Source: an uncultured delta proteobacterium (GTDB taxonomy: Bacteria > Myxococcota > Myxococcia > Myxococcales > Myxococcaceae). From it: a stretch of 64,000 bases of DNA. The notes beneath the pieces are model-generated. The model was given only the letters and a program-made list of their open reading frames with translations. It had not been told where the DNA came from and made no database searches. Numbering within the stretch: the first letter of the stretch is position 1; each line of letters begins with the position of its first letter. The translations under genes and the position numbers were made by a program. The stretch spans positions 1,024,001 to 1,088,000 of the forward strand of contig CAVQKE010000003.1 in the NCBI GenBank assembly GCA_963713045.1, given 5' to 3'. Positions 48,068 to 58,111 of the stretch are shown piece after piece.

Positions 48068-48984
48068 GTGTCTAGGTCTGTGGAGCGGCTCGCTTCGGTT
48101 CTGTTGAGCTCGCTGCTGTCAGCCGGTCTGTACGCCGTCATGGCTTACGGGCTGGCCGTCATCTACGGCGTGATGCGCATCATCAACCTTGCGCACGCTG
48201 GGCTGATGATGCTCGGGGCCTACGTCACGTTGACGCTCAACACCCGCTTCGCGCTGGACCCATTCCTGACCCTGCTGGTGGTGGCGCCGCTTTTTTTCGG
48301 CTTCGGCGTTCTTCTGGATTTGACGCTCGTCCGCCGGCTGCCTCAAGGCGGCCACGCGCCCTCGATTCAGTCGCTGTTGCTGCTGTTCGGGCTTTGGTTG
48401 GTGCTGCAGAATCTGGCCTACGTCATCTGGGGCGGCGACACCCAGTCCATCTTCACCCCCTACACGATGTCCTCGGTGGCACTGCTCGGGCAACGCTACG
48501 GCGTCCCGTTGCTGCTGGTCTTCGCCGTCAGCCTCCTGTCCCTGGTGGGGCTCAATCTGGTGCTGCGGCGCAGCTTTCTCGGGAAGGCCATCCGCGCGGT
48601 GACACAGAACCGCGACGCGGCGCTGCTGTCCGGAGTGAATGCGGACCGTATCTCGGCAGTGGCCTTTGGGCTTGGGACCGCGTTCGCGGCCATCGCTGGA
48701 ACCATGCTCAGTACCCTCTACGCCTTCACCCCGGACTTCGGTCGAAGCTTCCTGCTGAAATCCTTCTGCATCATCGTGCTGGGGGGCTCGAAAGTTTTAC
48801 CGGAGTGGCCCTCGGCGCATTGGTGCTGGCGCTCATCGAAAACCTGGTGGCCGCCTACACCAGCATTCCGACCTCTTTTCAGGACGCCATCAGCTTTTCG
48901 CTTTTGGTCTTGGTGCTGGTGGCGGCGCCCAACGGGCTGCCCGCGCTGTTGCGCAGTTTCTCGCGTCGGGCGGTCGCCCGGTGA
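48068..48984 (+). CDS. livH: LIV-type ABC transporter permease (LivH-like), -1 frameshift in the G run at 48781-48786
   Basis: GLAVIYGVMRIINLAHA, GKAIRAVTQNRDAA.LSGVN. IIVLGG/LESFTG is split across frames. The start could be GTG 48080. Confidence 0.85.
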
Positions 48985-49931
48985 GACGCAGCGGCTTGTG
49001 GTTGGCCCTGCTGGCCGCCGCGCTGCTGCTGGCGCCGCTGGTCGCCCAGCGGGGCACCCTCAATGACTTGTGGAACGCCGCCTTTGCGGTGGTGCTCGCC
49101 TCGGCGTGGAACCTCCTCGGAGGCTTCGCCGGTCAAATCTCACTCGGCTATTCCGCCTTTGTCGGCATTGGCGCCTACACCACGGTGCTGCTGGCCAACG
49201 CTGGCTGGAACCCCTGGCTGACGCTTCCGTTGGCCGCCGCGCTGTCGGTGTTGTTCAGCGTCGTGGTGGGGTTGCCTACCTTTCGCCTGCGCGGACCGTA
49301 TTTCTCCATCGCCACCATCGGCGTCGGCGAAGCGGTGCGCGTCATCGCCTCGGGCATGGAGTTCACCGGAGGCTCAAGTGGCCTGCGGATGCCCTCCAGC
49401 GACTTTCACTTCCTTCCCAATTACTACGGCATGGCCGCCCTGGCGCTGGTGACGGTGGGCCTGGTGGCTTGGGTCCGCGTCAGCCCCTTCGGCCTCGCCC
49501 TGGCGGCCATTCGTCAGGACATCGACGCCGCCGAGGCGGTGGGCATCAACTCCACCCGCTACAAGCTTTTGGCCCACGCGCTGTCCGCGGCCCTGGTAGG
49601 CGCCGCCGGGGGGCTGTTCGCGATGAATTTTCAGTACATCTCCCCGGGCAGCGTCTTCGACTTCCGACTCTCTTTAAACATCGTCCTCATGCCCATCGTC
49701 GGGGGCATCGGCACCTTGGTCGGTCCGGTGCTGGGCGCGGTGCTTTTCAGCTACCTGCAAATCAAACTTCTCGCCAGCCCGCTGCTGCGCGACAGCTACC
49801 TCTTCATCTACGGAGGGTTGCTGATGCTGGTGATGCTGTTCGAGCCGCGCGGCCTGGTTGGGCTGTGGGAGCGCCTGTCGCGGCTTGGGCGCCGGACGAA
49901 TGCTGCGGCGGAGGCCTCGCGTGGCGGCTGA
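48981..49931 (+). CDS. livM: LIV-type ABC transporter permease (LivM-like)
   Basis: WNLLGGFAGQISLG, RLRGPYFSIAT, AIRQDIDAAEAVGIN, GGIGT..GPVLGA, PRGLVG. Confidence 0.9.
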   Translation: MRRSGLWLALLAAALLLAPLVAQRGTLNDLWNAAFAVVLASAWNLLGGFAGQISLGYSAFVGIGAYTTVLLANAGWNPWLTLPLAAALSVLFSVVVGLPTFRLRGPYFSIATIGVGEAVRVIASGMEFTGGSSGLRMPSSDFHFLPNYYGMAALALVTVGLVAWVRVSPFGLALAAIRQDIDAAEAVGINSTRYKLLAHALSAALVGAAGGLFAMNFQYISPGSVFDFRLSLNIVLMPIVGGIGTLVGPVLGAVLFSYLQIKLLASPLLRDSYLFIYGGLLMLVMLFEPRGLVGLWERLSRLGRRTNAAAEASRGG

Positions 49932-50667
49932 GCCCATTCTCGAGGTGCAGGGCCTGGGCAAGCGCTTCGGCGGCCTGGTGGCGCTCGACGGGGTCAGCTT
50001 CCAGGTGGAACCGGGCGCCATTTTCAGCGTCATCGGTCCCAACGGAGCCGGTAAAACCACTCTCTTTTCGTGTTTGGTGGGAAGCGTGAAGCCCACCGCG
50101 GGGAGCATCCGCTTCAAAGGACACGAGATTGCCGGACTGCGCAATGACCAAGTGGTTCAGCGCGGTCTTGTACGGACCCACCAAATTGTGCGGCCCTTTC
50201 GGGAGATGACGGTCGCCGACAACGTCGCGGTGGGAAGCCTCTTCGGCAGCCGCCACCGCCGAGGGGCCGACGCCAAAGCGCGGGTGACGCAGGTGCTGGA
50301 GCGCGCCGGCCTCGGTGCCCGGGCCAACGCGCTCGCCAGCACCCTCTCCATCGGCGACTTGAAACGCTTGGAGATTGCCCGGGCGCTGGCCACCGAGCCG
50401 GCAGTCCTCTGCCTGGACGAGGTGATGGGGGGCCTCAACCCGGTGGAAATTGAAGGGGCGATGCAGCTCATCCGCGACATTCGCGCAAGCGGCGTCACGG
50501 TGCTGATGATTGAGCACCACGTCCACGCGGTGCTCGGCGTCTCCGACCGGGTGTTGGTGCTCAACTTTGGACGGACCATTGCCCAAGGGGCCCCCCAGCA
50601 AGCGCTTCGCGACCCGGCGGTGGTGGCGGCCTACCTTGGCGACGAGGCCGTGGGAGCGCCGGCGTGA
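49921..50667 (+). CDS. livG: LIV-type ABC transporter ATP-binding protein (LivG-like)
   Basis: KRFGGLVAL, GPNGAGKTT, KRLEIARALA, LDE, IEH, VVAAYLG. Confidence 0.92.
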   Translation: MAAEPILEVQGLGKRFGGLVALDGVSFQVEPGAIFSVIGPNGAGKTTLFSCLVGSVKPTAGSIRFKGHEIAGLRNDQVVQRGLVRTHQIVRPFREMTVADNVAVGSLFGSRHRRGADAKARVTQVLERAGLGARANALASTLSIGDLKRLEIARALATEPAVLCLDEVMGGLNPVEIEGAMQLIRDIRASGVTVLMIEHHVHAVLGVSDRVLVLNFGRTIAQGAPQQALRDPAVVAAYLGDEAVGAPA

Positions 50668-51383
50668 ACGCCCTCCAGGTCGAGCGGATGGACGTCTTCT
50701 ACGGAGGAGTCCAAGCCGTCTGGAACGTCTCCTTCCAGGTGGAGGCCGGGGAGATTGTCACGCTGGTGGGCGCCAATGGCGCCGGGAAGACCACCACCCT
50801 GCGGACGCTGGCTGGACTGCTCCGGCCGCGGACGGGGCGGATTCTCTTCGAAGGGCGCGACGTGGCCGGCTTGCCGGCCAACCAATTGGTGGCCCAAGGC
50901 CTGGTCCTGATTCCGGAGGCCAGGCAGCTGTGGCCCACCATGAGCGTGCGCGACAACCTGGAGATGGGGGCTTATGCCCGTGCCGCCCGCGCCGAGCGCC
51001 ACCGGACGCTGCAGACCGTCCTCGAGATGTTTCCCAGCCTCCACAAGCGCCTCCATCAACCGGCCGGCACGCTCAGTGGCGGCGAGCAGCAGATGTGCGC
51101 CATTGGCCGGGGGTTGATGGCGCGCCCTCGGCTGTTGATGTTGGACGAGCCGGCCCTGGGGCTTGCCCCGAAGCTGGTGCGTCAAGTCTTCGCGGCGCTC
51201 AAGGAAATTAATGGCCGCGGCGTCACGCTGCTGCTGGTGGAGCAAAACGTCCAGCACGCGCTGCGCCTCGCCCACCGGGCCTACGTCCTGGAGACCGGGC
51301 GCGTCACTCTGGAGGGCACCGGGGCCGCACTGTTGGACGACGCGCGCGTGCGCCAGCGCTTCCTCGGGGAGGCTGCCCTGTAA
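50664..51383 (+). CDS. livF: LIV-type ABC transporter ATP-binding protein (LivF-like)
   Basis: GANGAGKTT, AGTLSGGEQQM.AIGR.LM, LDEP.LGLAP, LVEQN. Confidence 0.94.
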   Translation: MNALQVERMDVFYGGVQAVWNVSFQVEAGEIVTLVGANGAGKTTTLRTLAGLLRPRTGRILFEGRDVAGLPANQLVAQGLVLIPEARQLWPTMSVRDNLEMGAYARAARAERHRTLQTVLEMFPSLHKRLHQPAGTLSGGEQQMCAIGRGLMARPRLLMLDEPALGLAPKLVRQVFAALKEINGRGVTLLLVEQNVQHALRLAHRAYVLETGRVTLEGTGAALLDDARVRQRFLGEAAL

Positions 51384-51461
51384 GGGCCGAAAGCCGCAGC
51401 CGGGGCGCTGTTGGCGCTGGCATCAGCCTGCCTGCCCGGGCTACAAGCCAAAGAGCCTCCA

Positions 51462-52511
51462 ATGCGCCGCCCCGCTCCTCGGGTACCCCGCAGCCACCCC
51501 ACCAAGCCGGAGCGGCTCGCCCGAGCGCGGCCCGCCCGCCCGGGGGCGGAGGAGTTGGCGTACGCCCGCGGGGTGCTCGACGCGGAAGCCGAAGCCATTG
51601 CCGGTGCCAAGCGGCGACTGGGACCAAGCTTCCTGCGCGTCTTGTCCCTGTTGCTCGAATGCCAAGGGCACGTGGTGGTGACGGGCCTTGGCAAGCCGGG
51701 CTTCATCGCCCAAAAGCTGTCTGCCACCTTCGCGTCCACCGGCATTCCCTCCCTCTACCTGCACCCAGCGGAGGCGATGCACGGGGACCTCGGCCGCGTC
51801 TCTCGAGGTGACGTCGTCCTCGCGCTGTCCAACAGCGGCGCGACCGAGGAGATTCTCCGCCTGGTCCCAGCCCTGCGCCGGATTGGGGCCAAGGTGGTGG
51901 CCATCACCGGAGACGGCACCTCGCCCTTGGCTCGCCTGTCCGACTTGGTGCTGGACGTTGGCAGCATTCCGGAGGCCTGTCCGCTGGGCCTGGTCCCGAC
52001 GGCCTCCTCGGCCGCGCTGCACGCCATTTCAGACGCCCTGGCGATGACGGCGCTCAAGTGCCGTCAGTTTTCAAGCGAGGAATACGCCCTCCTCCACCCG
52101 GGTGGGAAAATCGGCCGCAGCGTGATGCGCGTCTTCGAGGTGATGCGCGCCGGCACTTCCAACCCAGTGGTGCAGGCCACGGCGCCACTCTCCGAGGCGG
52201 TGGTGGTGATGACCAACACCCCCGGTCGCCCCGGCGCAGCCAATGTCGTCGACGCCACGGGGCAGCTGGTGGGGATTTTCACCGACGGGGACTTGCGCCG
52301 ACTGGTGGAGCGCGGGGCGAGCGACTTTGAGGTGGAGGTGAAGACGGTGATGGGGCCCCACCCGCGCTGCGTCTCGCCAGAGGATTTGGTCCTTACCGCG
52401 GCGACGCTGATGCGGGAAGCCCACGTCGACCAGCTTCCGGTGGTGGACGCCGAGGGCCGGCCGGTGGGCCTCATCGACGTGCAGGACGTGCTCGCCGCCC
52501 GACTGGCGTGA
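51462..52511 (+). CDS. kdsD: KpsF/GutQ family arabinose-5-phosphate isomerase (SIS + 2 CBS)
   Basis: VTGLGKPG.IAQK..ATFASTG, HPAEA.HGDLG, SNSG, EACPLGLVPT, HPGG, GIFTDGDLRR. Confidence 0.92.
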   Translation: MRRPAPRVPRSHPTKPERLARARPARPGAEELAYARGVLDAEAEAIAGAKRRLGPSFLRVLSLLLECQGHVVVTGLGKPGFIAQKLSATFASTGIPSLYLHPAEAMHGDLGRVSRGDVVLALSNSGATEEILRLVPALRRIGAKVVAITGDGTSPLARLSDLVLDVGSIPEACPLGLVPTASSAALHAISDALAMTALKCRQFSSEEYALLHPGGKIGRSVMRVFEVMRAGTSNPVVQATAPLSEAVVVMTNTPGRPGAANVVDATGQLVGIFTDGDLRRLVERGASDFEVEVKTVMGPHPRCVSPEDLVLTAATLMREAHVDQLPVVDAEGRPVGLIDVQDVLAARLA

Positions 52512-52523
52512 GGGGCTCCGCCG

Positions 52524-54602
52524 CTATTCGAGGTCGAGCGCCTGGTAGGTTCCGGTGCGATCGAGCACCGTGCCCCACACCTTGTGTGAGCCCTGGTGCT
52601 CCGACGGCCCGAAGGAGAGCGCGGTCCCAAGCCCAAGGTCCAGTCCGTGGAGGTTCTCCAGCGCCTGCACCAGATGCTCGGTGGTGAGCGAGCGTCCGGT
52701 GCGGCGAAGCGCCTCCACCAGCAGTGTGCCGTCCACGTAGCCCTCGAGTGACACGAAGTCCGGCTTCTCGCCGGGGGCGTAGCGGGCGAGCGCTTCCTGG
52801 TAGCGCAGCACCGCCGTCGAGCGGGAAGTGGGAAGGGGCACCACCTGCGTCACGATGATGCCTTCGGCGAAGCGTGGCCCGAGCTGGACCAATTCTTCGG
52901 CCAGCGCCTCGCTGCCAACGAAGGAGACGTTGGTGAAAAGCATCGCCGGGCGCTGGGTGCGCACCTGTTCAATGAAGCGCGCCGCTGCCCGGTAGGTGGC
53001 CACCATGATGACCGCCTTGAGGCCCCGGCGTTCGAGGACGCGGGACACGGCGTTGGCCACGTCGGTGGTGTTGCGCTCGTAGGTAACCTTGAGGACTGCC
53101 GTCGGGTCCTTTCGAAGCTGCCGCAGCTTGCGTGCCACGCCCTGGAAGCCGGCGTCGCCGTAGCTGTCATTTTGGGCGAAGACGGCAATTTGGTCCGGTC
53201 GGAGGCGTCGCACTTCCACCAGGTAGCGGACAATGGCCGCCGTCTCCTCAAGGTAGCTCGCTCGGTAGTTGAAGACGGTGTGGTCCGGTGGGTCCCTGCG
53301 TAAGAGCGGCGCTCCGGTGAAAGGGGTGAAGAAGAGCATTCCGCGCCCCAGGGCGTACGGGAGGGCCACCACGGCAGTGGGTGTGCCGACATTTCCGACG
53401 AAGCCGAAGACGCCACGCTTTTCTGCAAGCTCCCGCATGACGTCCGCGGTGCGCGACGGCTCATACCCGTCGTCGAGGGCCACCAGCCGCAGCCGGCGTC
53501 CATCGACGCCGCCATCGGCGTTGGCGACCGCGAAGGCGGTCTCCAGGCCGACCTTCATTTGTCGGCCCAACTCCTTGGCGGTGCCGGTGAAGGGGGCGGC
53601 GATGCCGAAAAGCACCTCGGTATCCGAGACGCCTGGCGTCGGCGGCGGAGCCACCACCGGCGGCGGAGCCGGCAGGGTGAGGCTGGAGGAATTCGGCGGC
53701 CGGGCGGCCTCAGCCAGTCGCGGGGCACGGGTGGCCAGCCAGACCAGAAAAGCGCCCCCGCCCCCCAAGAAACACGCCCCGGCGACGGCAAGAAGCCAGC
53801 GCGTCCAACGCCCCGGAAGGGCCTCGCGGCGGATGCGCGAAAAGGGTGCCGTGGCCGGCGCGGGCCGCGGTCCGGAACCGGGCTCCACGCGGGGCCGAGC
53901 CGCCGCCGCGGGAGACACCGGGGCTGGCGGTGGCGTCGGAGAGCGTGCAATGCCAGCGCCAGAGGGCTGGCGCGGCGGTGCTGCGACAGCAGCCGGGCGT
54001 GCCGGCGTATGGCCCGCTTCGGGGTCGGCCTGCGTCGCGGTGGAGGCAGGCGTGCCACGCGCTGGGGTGCCCCGCTGCGGAGGCGCTCCGCCGGCCGGCG
54101 TCCCAGGCGAACCGCGGGCCGCTGGCACATTGGGTACGGTGCCCGTCACCCGAATGCCGGCTGGAGGCGTCGGGGCGCGCCCCCACGCGGCTGGTGTTGG
54201 AACATCGGCCCTCGCCGCGCCACGGCCCAGTGCGGCGGCCAGCGCGGGCGCCGCCGACTTCATCTCCACCGGCGCCTCGCCGCCGTCGCGCTGGCGCAGC
54301 TCGTCCATCACCAGCGCATTCCACGGCTCGTGCACGGTGCGGCGCTGGCTGCGGGCGCCCAGCTGCACCTGGTAGACGCCCTGAGTGAGCCGGCGCACGG
54401 CGCGGCGCACCGCCTCTGCCCCCTCCCGCCCGTCGAAGACGGCGTCCACCAGCACGCCCCCGTCGATGAAGAAGGTGCCGGTGGTTTCTACGCCCCGCTC
54501 GTCGGAGGCCCGCACCGACACGGCGGCCGTCTGCCCGCTCAAGCAGTAGAACTGCAGCAGGTCCGCGAAGAGAATGTCCTTGAAGTCCCCGGCCAGAGAC
54601 AT
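52524..54602 (-). CDS. DUF4388/PATAN domain - Pro/Ala linker - TM - periplasmic LIVBP-type ligand-binding domain protein
   Basis: N-terminal LAGDFKDILFADLLQ...G.FFIDGG.LVDA; one TM; C-terminal GVSDTEV.FG..APFTG, LDDGYEP, GNVGTPT, NYRASY.EE, SLEGY. Confidence 0.85.
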   Translation of the reverse strand: MSLAGDFKDILFADLLQFYCLSGQTAAVSVRASDERGVETTGTFFIDGGVLVDAVFDGREGAEAVRRAVRRLTQGVYQVQLGARSQRRTVHEPWNALVMDELRQRDGGEAPVEMKSAAPALAAALGRGAARADVPTPAAWGRAPTPPAGIRVTGTVPNVPAARGSPGTPAGGAPPQRGTPARGTPASTATQADPEAGHTPARPAAVAAPPRQPSGAGIARSPTPPPAPVSPAAAARPRVEPGSGPRPAPATAPFSRIRREALPGRWTRWLLAVAGACFLGGGGAFLVWLATRAPRLAEAARPPNSSSLTLPAPPPVVAPPPTPGVSDTEVLFGIAAPFTGTAKELGRQMKVGLETAFAVANADGGVDGRRLRLVALDDGYEPSRTADVMRELAEKRGVFGFVGNVGTPTAVVALPYALGRGMLFFTPFTGAPLLRRDPPDHTVFNYRASYLEETAAIVRYLVEVRRLRPDQIAVFAQNDSYGDAGFQGVARKLRQLRKDPTAVLKVTYERNTTDVANAVSRVLERRGLKAVIMVATYRAAARFIEQVRTQRPAMLFTNVSFVGSEALAEELVQLGPRFAEGIIVTQVVPLPTSRSTAVLRYQEALARYAPGEKPDFVSLEGYVDGTLLVEALRRTGRSLTTEHLVQALENLHGLDLGLGTALSFGPSEHQGSHKVWGTVLDRTGTYQALDLE

Positions 54603-54697
54603 GGATTCGCACTTCCCCTGACTGGCCGGCCCTTGGGGCTTGGGTCAGCGCGTCGACGAACCAGTCTAGTCTGACCAAGCAGGCCGACAAATTCACT

Positions 54698-55252
54698 CTA
54701 CCGCTCCAGCAGCGGCTGCTTCACCACCAGGAAGCGGGCCTCCGGGCAGCCCAAGTCCAGCGTCTGCACCATGGCCGGCGCCTCTACAGCGGCGGCCGCT
54801 CGCTCGGCAGCCTTGAGGATGACGGACGCCGAGAGCGGAGTGTTGCAAAGGACGGCCAAGAACAGTTCGGGCCCAGGCACGCCGTCCAGCTGCTGCTCGC
54901 CGACGCTGGAGGTTCCGGCCGACAGTCGCGGCGGCGCGCCGGAGCTCGGGACGTAGAGAGTCGCGCGGCCCTCGGCGTTGAGGCCCACCAGCACCAGCGA
55001 CGCCGGCTGCACCACCCGCACCGCGAAGCGCACCCGGGCTCGGGCTGGCACCGAAGCCTCCGGACTGACACTGACCCAACCCTCGCCTTGGGCGCGCTGC
55101 AACAGCAGCGCTCCGCCGGCCCGACCGCGGCCTGCAAACAGCGCTGGCAGCTGCCACACCGTTGCATACAGCAGCGCCGCCCCAAGCAATCCCAGAAGCG
55201 GAAGCCAGCGGCGCCAGCGCCGCGACTGCTTTTCTGCGGCAGGGGGCGACAT
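54698..55252 (-). CDS. Membrane-anchored hypothetical protein (possibly DUF4384-like)
   Basis: N-terminal TM after RRWRRW; RVRFAV...VLVGL..EG..TLYVP...LDG.PGPELF.A..C pattern. Confidence 0.65.
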   Translation of the reverse strand: MSPPAAEKQSRRWRRWLPLLGLLGAALLYATVWQLPALFAGRGRAGGALLLQRAQGEGWVSVSPEASVPARARVRFAVRVVQPASLVLVGLNAEGRATLYVPSSGAPPRLSAGTSSVGEQQLDGVPGPELFLAVLCNTPLSASVILKAAERAAAAVEAPAMVQTLDLGCPEARFLVVKQPLLER

Positions 55253-55362
55253 GCACCCTTCTGGCCCGAGGCGGCTCGGCTGAGCAAGGCCCCATGGAAG
55301 AATCGCGCTGGAGCGGAGTCACTTCGTCCGCAGGCGCGTCGCGAGTACATTGGACGCTGCAC

Positions 55363-56703
55363 GTGGATGTCGTCCTCTCTTCGGCCTCGCTCTACGGTCG
55401 GCTCGGCCTGCACCGTTTCTCCTCGCTGCGAGCCTTCCGGCACCGGAATTATCGACGCTTCTGGCTCGGCGCCTTCGTCTCCAACGTCGGCACGTGGATG
55501 GAAACCATTGCCGTCGGCGTCTGGGTGACGCAGACCACCGGTCGGGGGGGTTGGACAGCAACGGTGGCGGCGTTGGTGTACCTGCCGGCGCTGGTGCTCG
55601 GGCCTCTGGGCGGTGCCGTCGCCGACCGCACGGACCGCCGTCAACTCTTCGGCTGGCTCACCTGGGCCCAGCTTCTGCTGGCGGCCACGCTGGCCGCGCT
55701 GGCCCTGTGGGGGCGGCTTTCCTTGCCAGCCGTTTCGGTGCTGGCCTTCCTTGCCGGGTGCGCCAACGCCCTGCTCGCCCCCGTTTCTTCGGCACTCCTC
55801 TCGGAGCTGGTCCCTCGGGAGGACCTGCTCTCGGCCGTCAGCCTGTCCTCGGCCCAGTACAACCTCGGCCGGATTGTCGGCCCGGGCCTCGCCGCGGTGG
55901 CGATGGCAGTCGGAGGCCTCGGGGCGGCCTTCGCGTTGAATGCACTCAGCTTCGTTGCGGTGATGGTGGCAGTGGCGACGGTGCAGCTGCCTCCGCCCGA
56001 GGTCCGCCCGAAGGGACATCTGTGGGCTGAAATTCGCACCGGCCTGCGCGTGGCACACGAGGACGCAGGCATCCGCACTGCGCTGTGGCTGACCTTCGCG
56101 GTGGGTGCGCTGGTGGCCCCCTTCATCGGCTTGCTTCCGGTGTTCGCCATCCAGGGACTGGCCCGGGGCGCCTCGGGGACGTCGGTGTTGGCCACCGCCC
56201 AGGGCGTCGGTGCGGTGGGCGCTGCCTTGCTGGCCGGCTCCCTGGCTGACGCCTGGGGGCGCCAACGCCTGTTGGCCCGCGCTTCGGCGGCGCTGTGCGT
56301 GTGGGCTTGCCTCTATTGGATGTCCCCCAGCTTTCCGGTGGCGGTGCTGGCCATTGCCCTGCTCGGCGCGGCCTACCTCACCACCCTCAGCACCCTCAGC
56401 AGCATTTGCCTCAGCCGCGTCTCGCGCCTGCTGCAGGCGCGCGTGGCCAGTCTCTATGGGTTGGTGCTTTCCACCAGCTACGCGCTGGGCCTGTTGGCGC
56501 TGGGCTGGGCCGGGGACCGCTTTGGCCTACGTCAGGTGGGAGTGGCCGCGGCGCTGGTGTGTCTCGCCGCGGTGGTGGCTCTCAAACTCCGCGGACACTT
56601 CTCCGGCGTGGATGGGCCGGCGCGGTTCTTGGGGACGCCGACGCCCCTGGTGCGGCTGCCGCATGTCCCCGGGCCGGACCCCGTCGAGGACGCGCGCAGC
56701 TGA
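55363..56703 (+). CDS. MFS transporter (H+ antiporter-1/macrolide efflux-like)
   Basis: FRHRNYRRFW.G..VSNVGTWM, GGAVADRTDRR, NLGRIVGP, about 12 TMs. Start uncertain. Confidence 0.9.
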   Translation: MDVVLSSASLYGRLGLHRFSSLRAFRHRNYRRFWLGAFVSNVGTWMETIAVGVWVTQTTGRGGWTATVAALVYLPALVLGPLGGAVADRTDRRQLFGWLTWAQLLLAATLAALALWGRLSLPAVSVLAFLAGCANALLAPVSSALLSELVPREDLLSAVSLSSAQYNLGRIVGPGLAAVAMAVGGLGAAFALNALSFVAVMVAVATVQLPPPEVRPKGHLWAEIRTGLRVAHEDAGIRTALWLTFAVGALVAPFIGLLPVFAIQGLARGASGTSVLATAQGVGAVGAALLAGSLADAWGRQRLLARASAALCVWACLYWMSPSFPVAVLAIALLGAAYLTTLSTLSSICLSRVSRLLQARVASLYGLVLSTSYALGLLALGWAGDRFGLRQVGVAAALVCLAAVVALKLRGHFSGVDGPARFLGTPTPLVRLPHVPGPDPVEDARS

Positions 56704-56727
56704 GCGGCCCCTCCCCGGGGTTTGCCG

Positions 56728-58098
56728 CTAGTGCAGCTTCTTTTGAAGGTTGGCCTTCTGGGCGTAGGCCGGTGAGGTGGCCGCAAGCTTCGCCCACAGC
56801 GCTTGGGCGTCCTTGGTGTTGCCCTCCTTGGCCAAGAAGTCCCCCAGCGTGTCCACCGCCTGGGGGTCCGCATCCACGGCGACGCTCCACACCCGCTCGG
56901 CCATCGGCTGCCGGTTGAGGCCCACCAGGGCCCAGGCCATGCCCGCCTTGGCTCGACCGTTGTCCGGCTGGAAGGGCACCACCCGTCGGTAGGCCTCCAG
57001 CGCCTTCTGGTACTCACCCTTGCTGAGGGCTTGCTCTCCCTGCAGGACGAGGTCTGCCAACCCCTTCTCCAGCTCGGGCGTCCGCTCGGTGTTGCGGATG
57101 GCCTCCACCGTCTCCGGGTTGAGGGCGGGAAGCGTGCCTGGCGCGGGGGCCACTCCAGCAGCTGGCGCCTGCTTGGGATGGGCGGCGGCATACTTGGTGA
57201 ATCCGCCAGCGCGCAGCAGCTCCTCGGTCCGGGCGAGAAGCGCCCGGGCCTGCGGCGATTGCGGGAGGTCGGGCCAGCGGGCCAACAGCTGGGTGAGGTC
57301 CCGCTTCACGGCGCGCAGCGCCGCAACGTCATCCGGGCGGCTGTCGAAGGTAACCCCCGCCCGCCCGTAAAGCGCCAAGGGCTGAAGCGGGTCCACCTCC
57401 AGCGCCCAGTTGTAAGCCTCGAGTGCGCCGGGCACGTCGGCAGCAAGGAAGAGGGCGTTGCCCAACAACGCACTGGCCTCGAGTGCCGGGTCCAACGCCT
57501 GCAGGGCGCATGCGGCCGCGGCGGCATGCTGCTTGGCCGCAGCCCGCGCCCGAGCGGCCGCCTCCCCGGCACCGAGCGCAGCCGTGACCGGTGGACAGCC
57601 GACCGACGCGGCGTCGGGCAGCTTTCCCTTCACCTCACGACGCTCGGCCAGGAAGAGGGCTCTCAGCGCACCGGCGCTGGCTTGGCTCTGCCGCAGGTAC
57701 ACCACCGCGTCGGCGTAACGTCCCTGGCTGAAGTACAGCTTCCCCACCGAGGCAGCCACTTCGAAGGGCTTGGGGCGCGTCTTGAGGTCCGGCGTGGCGT
57801 CCAGCTGCTGGAGGATGTCGCCCGCACTCGGCGCTTGCCCCCGGCCCGAAATGTCTGGGTGGCCGGGGGGCAGAGAGGGCGAAGGGCCGGCCAGCGGCCC
57901 GGTGTCCGGCGCCGTCGAGAGGGGGGGATGGCCGGGCGGTAGGCCATTCGTGCGCGGCGCCGAGATGGGAGGGTGGCCAGGGGGGAGGCTGGGCGCCGTG
58001 CCCTGGGGCGCGACGCCGCCGTCCGAGATGGCAGGGTGGCCTGGGGGAAGGGCGACGTCCGAGCCGAGGAGGACGAGGAGGAGGGCGGGGGCGAGCAT
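56728..58098 (-). CDS. Exported TPR protein with four LPPGHP repeats
   Basis: Signal-like MLAPALLLVLLG; four LPPGHPx(I/L)S repeats; several TPR motifs (ALEAYNWALEVDP, ALEAYRRVVPFQPDN). Confidence 0.85.
   Translation of the reverse strand: MLAPALLLVLLGSDVALPPGHPAISDGGVAPQGTAPSLPPGHPPISAPRTNGLPPGHPPLSTAPDTGPLAGPSPSLPPGHPDISGRGQAPSAGDILQQLDATPDLKTRPKPFEVAASVGKLYFSQGRYADAVVYLRQSQASAGALRALFLAERREVKGKLPDAASVGCPPVTAALGAGEAAARARAAAKQHAAAAACALQALDPALEASALLGNALFLAADVPGALEAYNWALEVDPLQPLALYGRAGVTFDSRPDDVAALRAVKRDLTQLLARWPDLPQSPQARALLARTEELLRAGGFTKYAAAHPKQAPAAGVAPAPGTLPALNPETVEAIRNTERTPELEKGLADLVLQGEQALSKGEYQKALEAYRRVVPFQPDNGRAKAGMAWALVGLNRQPMAERVWSVAVDADPQAVDTLGDFLAKEGNTKDAQALWAKLAATSPAYAQKANLQKKLH
57847..58050 (-). 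repeat. Four LPPGHPx(I/L)S peptide repeats
   Basis: LPPGHPAIS, LPPGHPPIS, LPPGHPPLS, LPPGHPDIS read directly from the translation. Confidence 0.9.
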
Positions 58099-58111
58099 CA
58101 CGGGGAAATTT

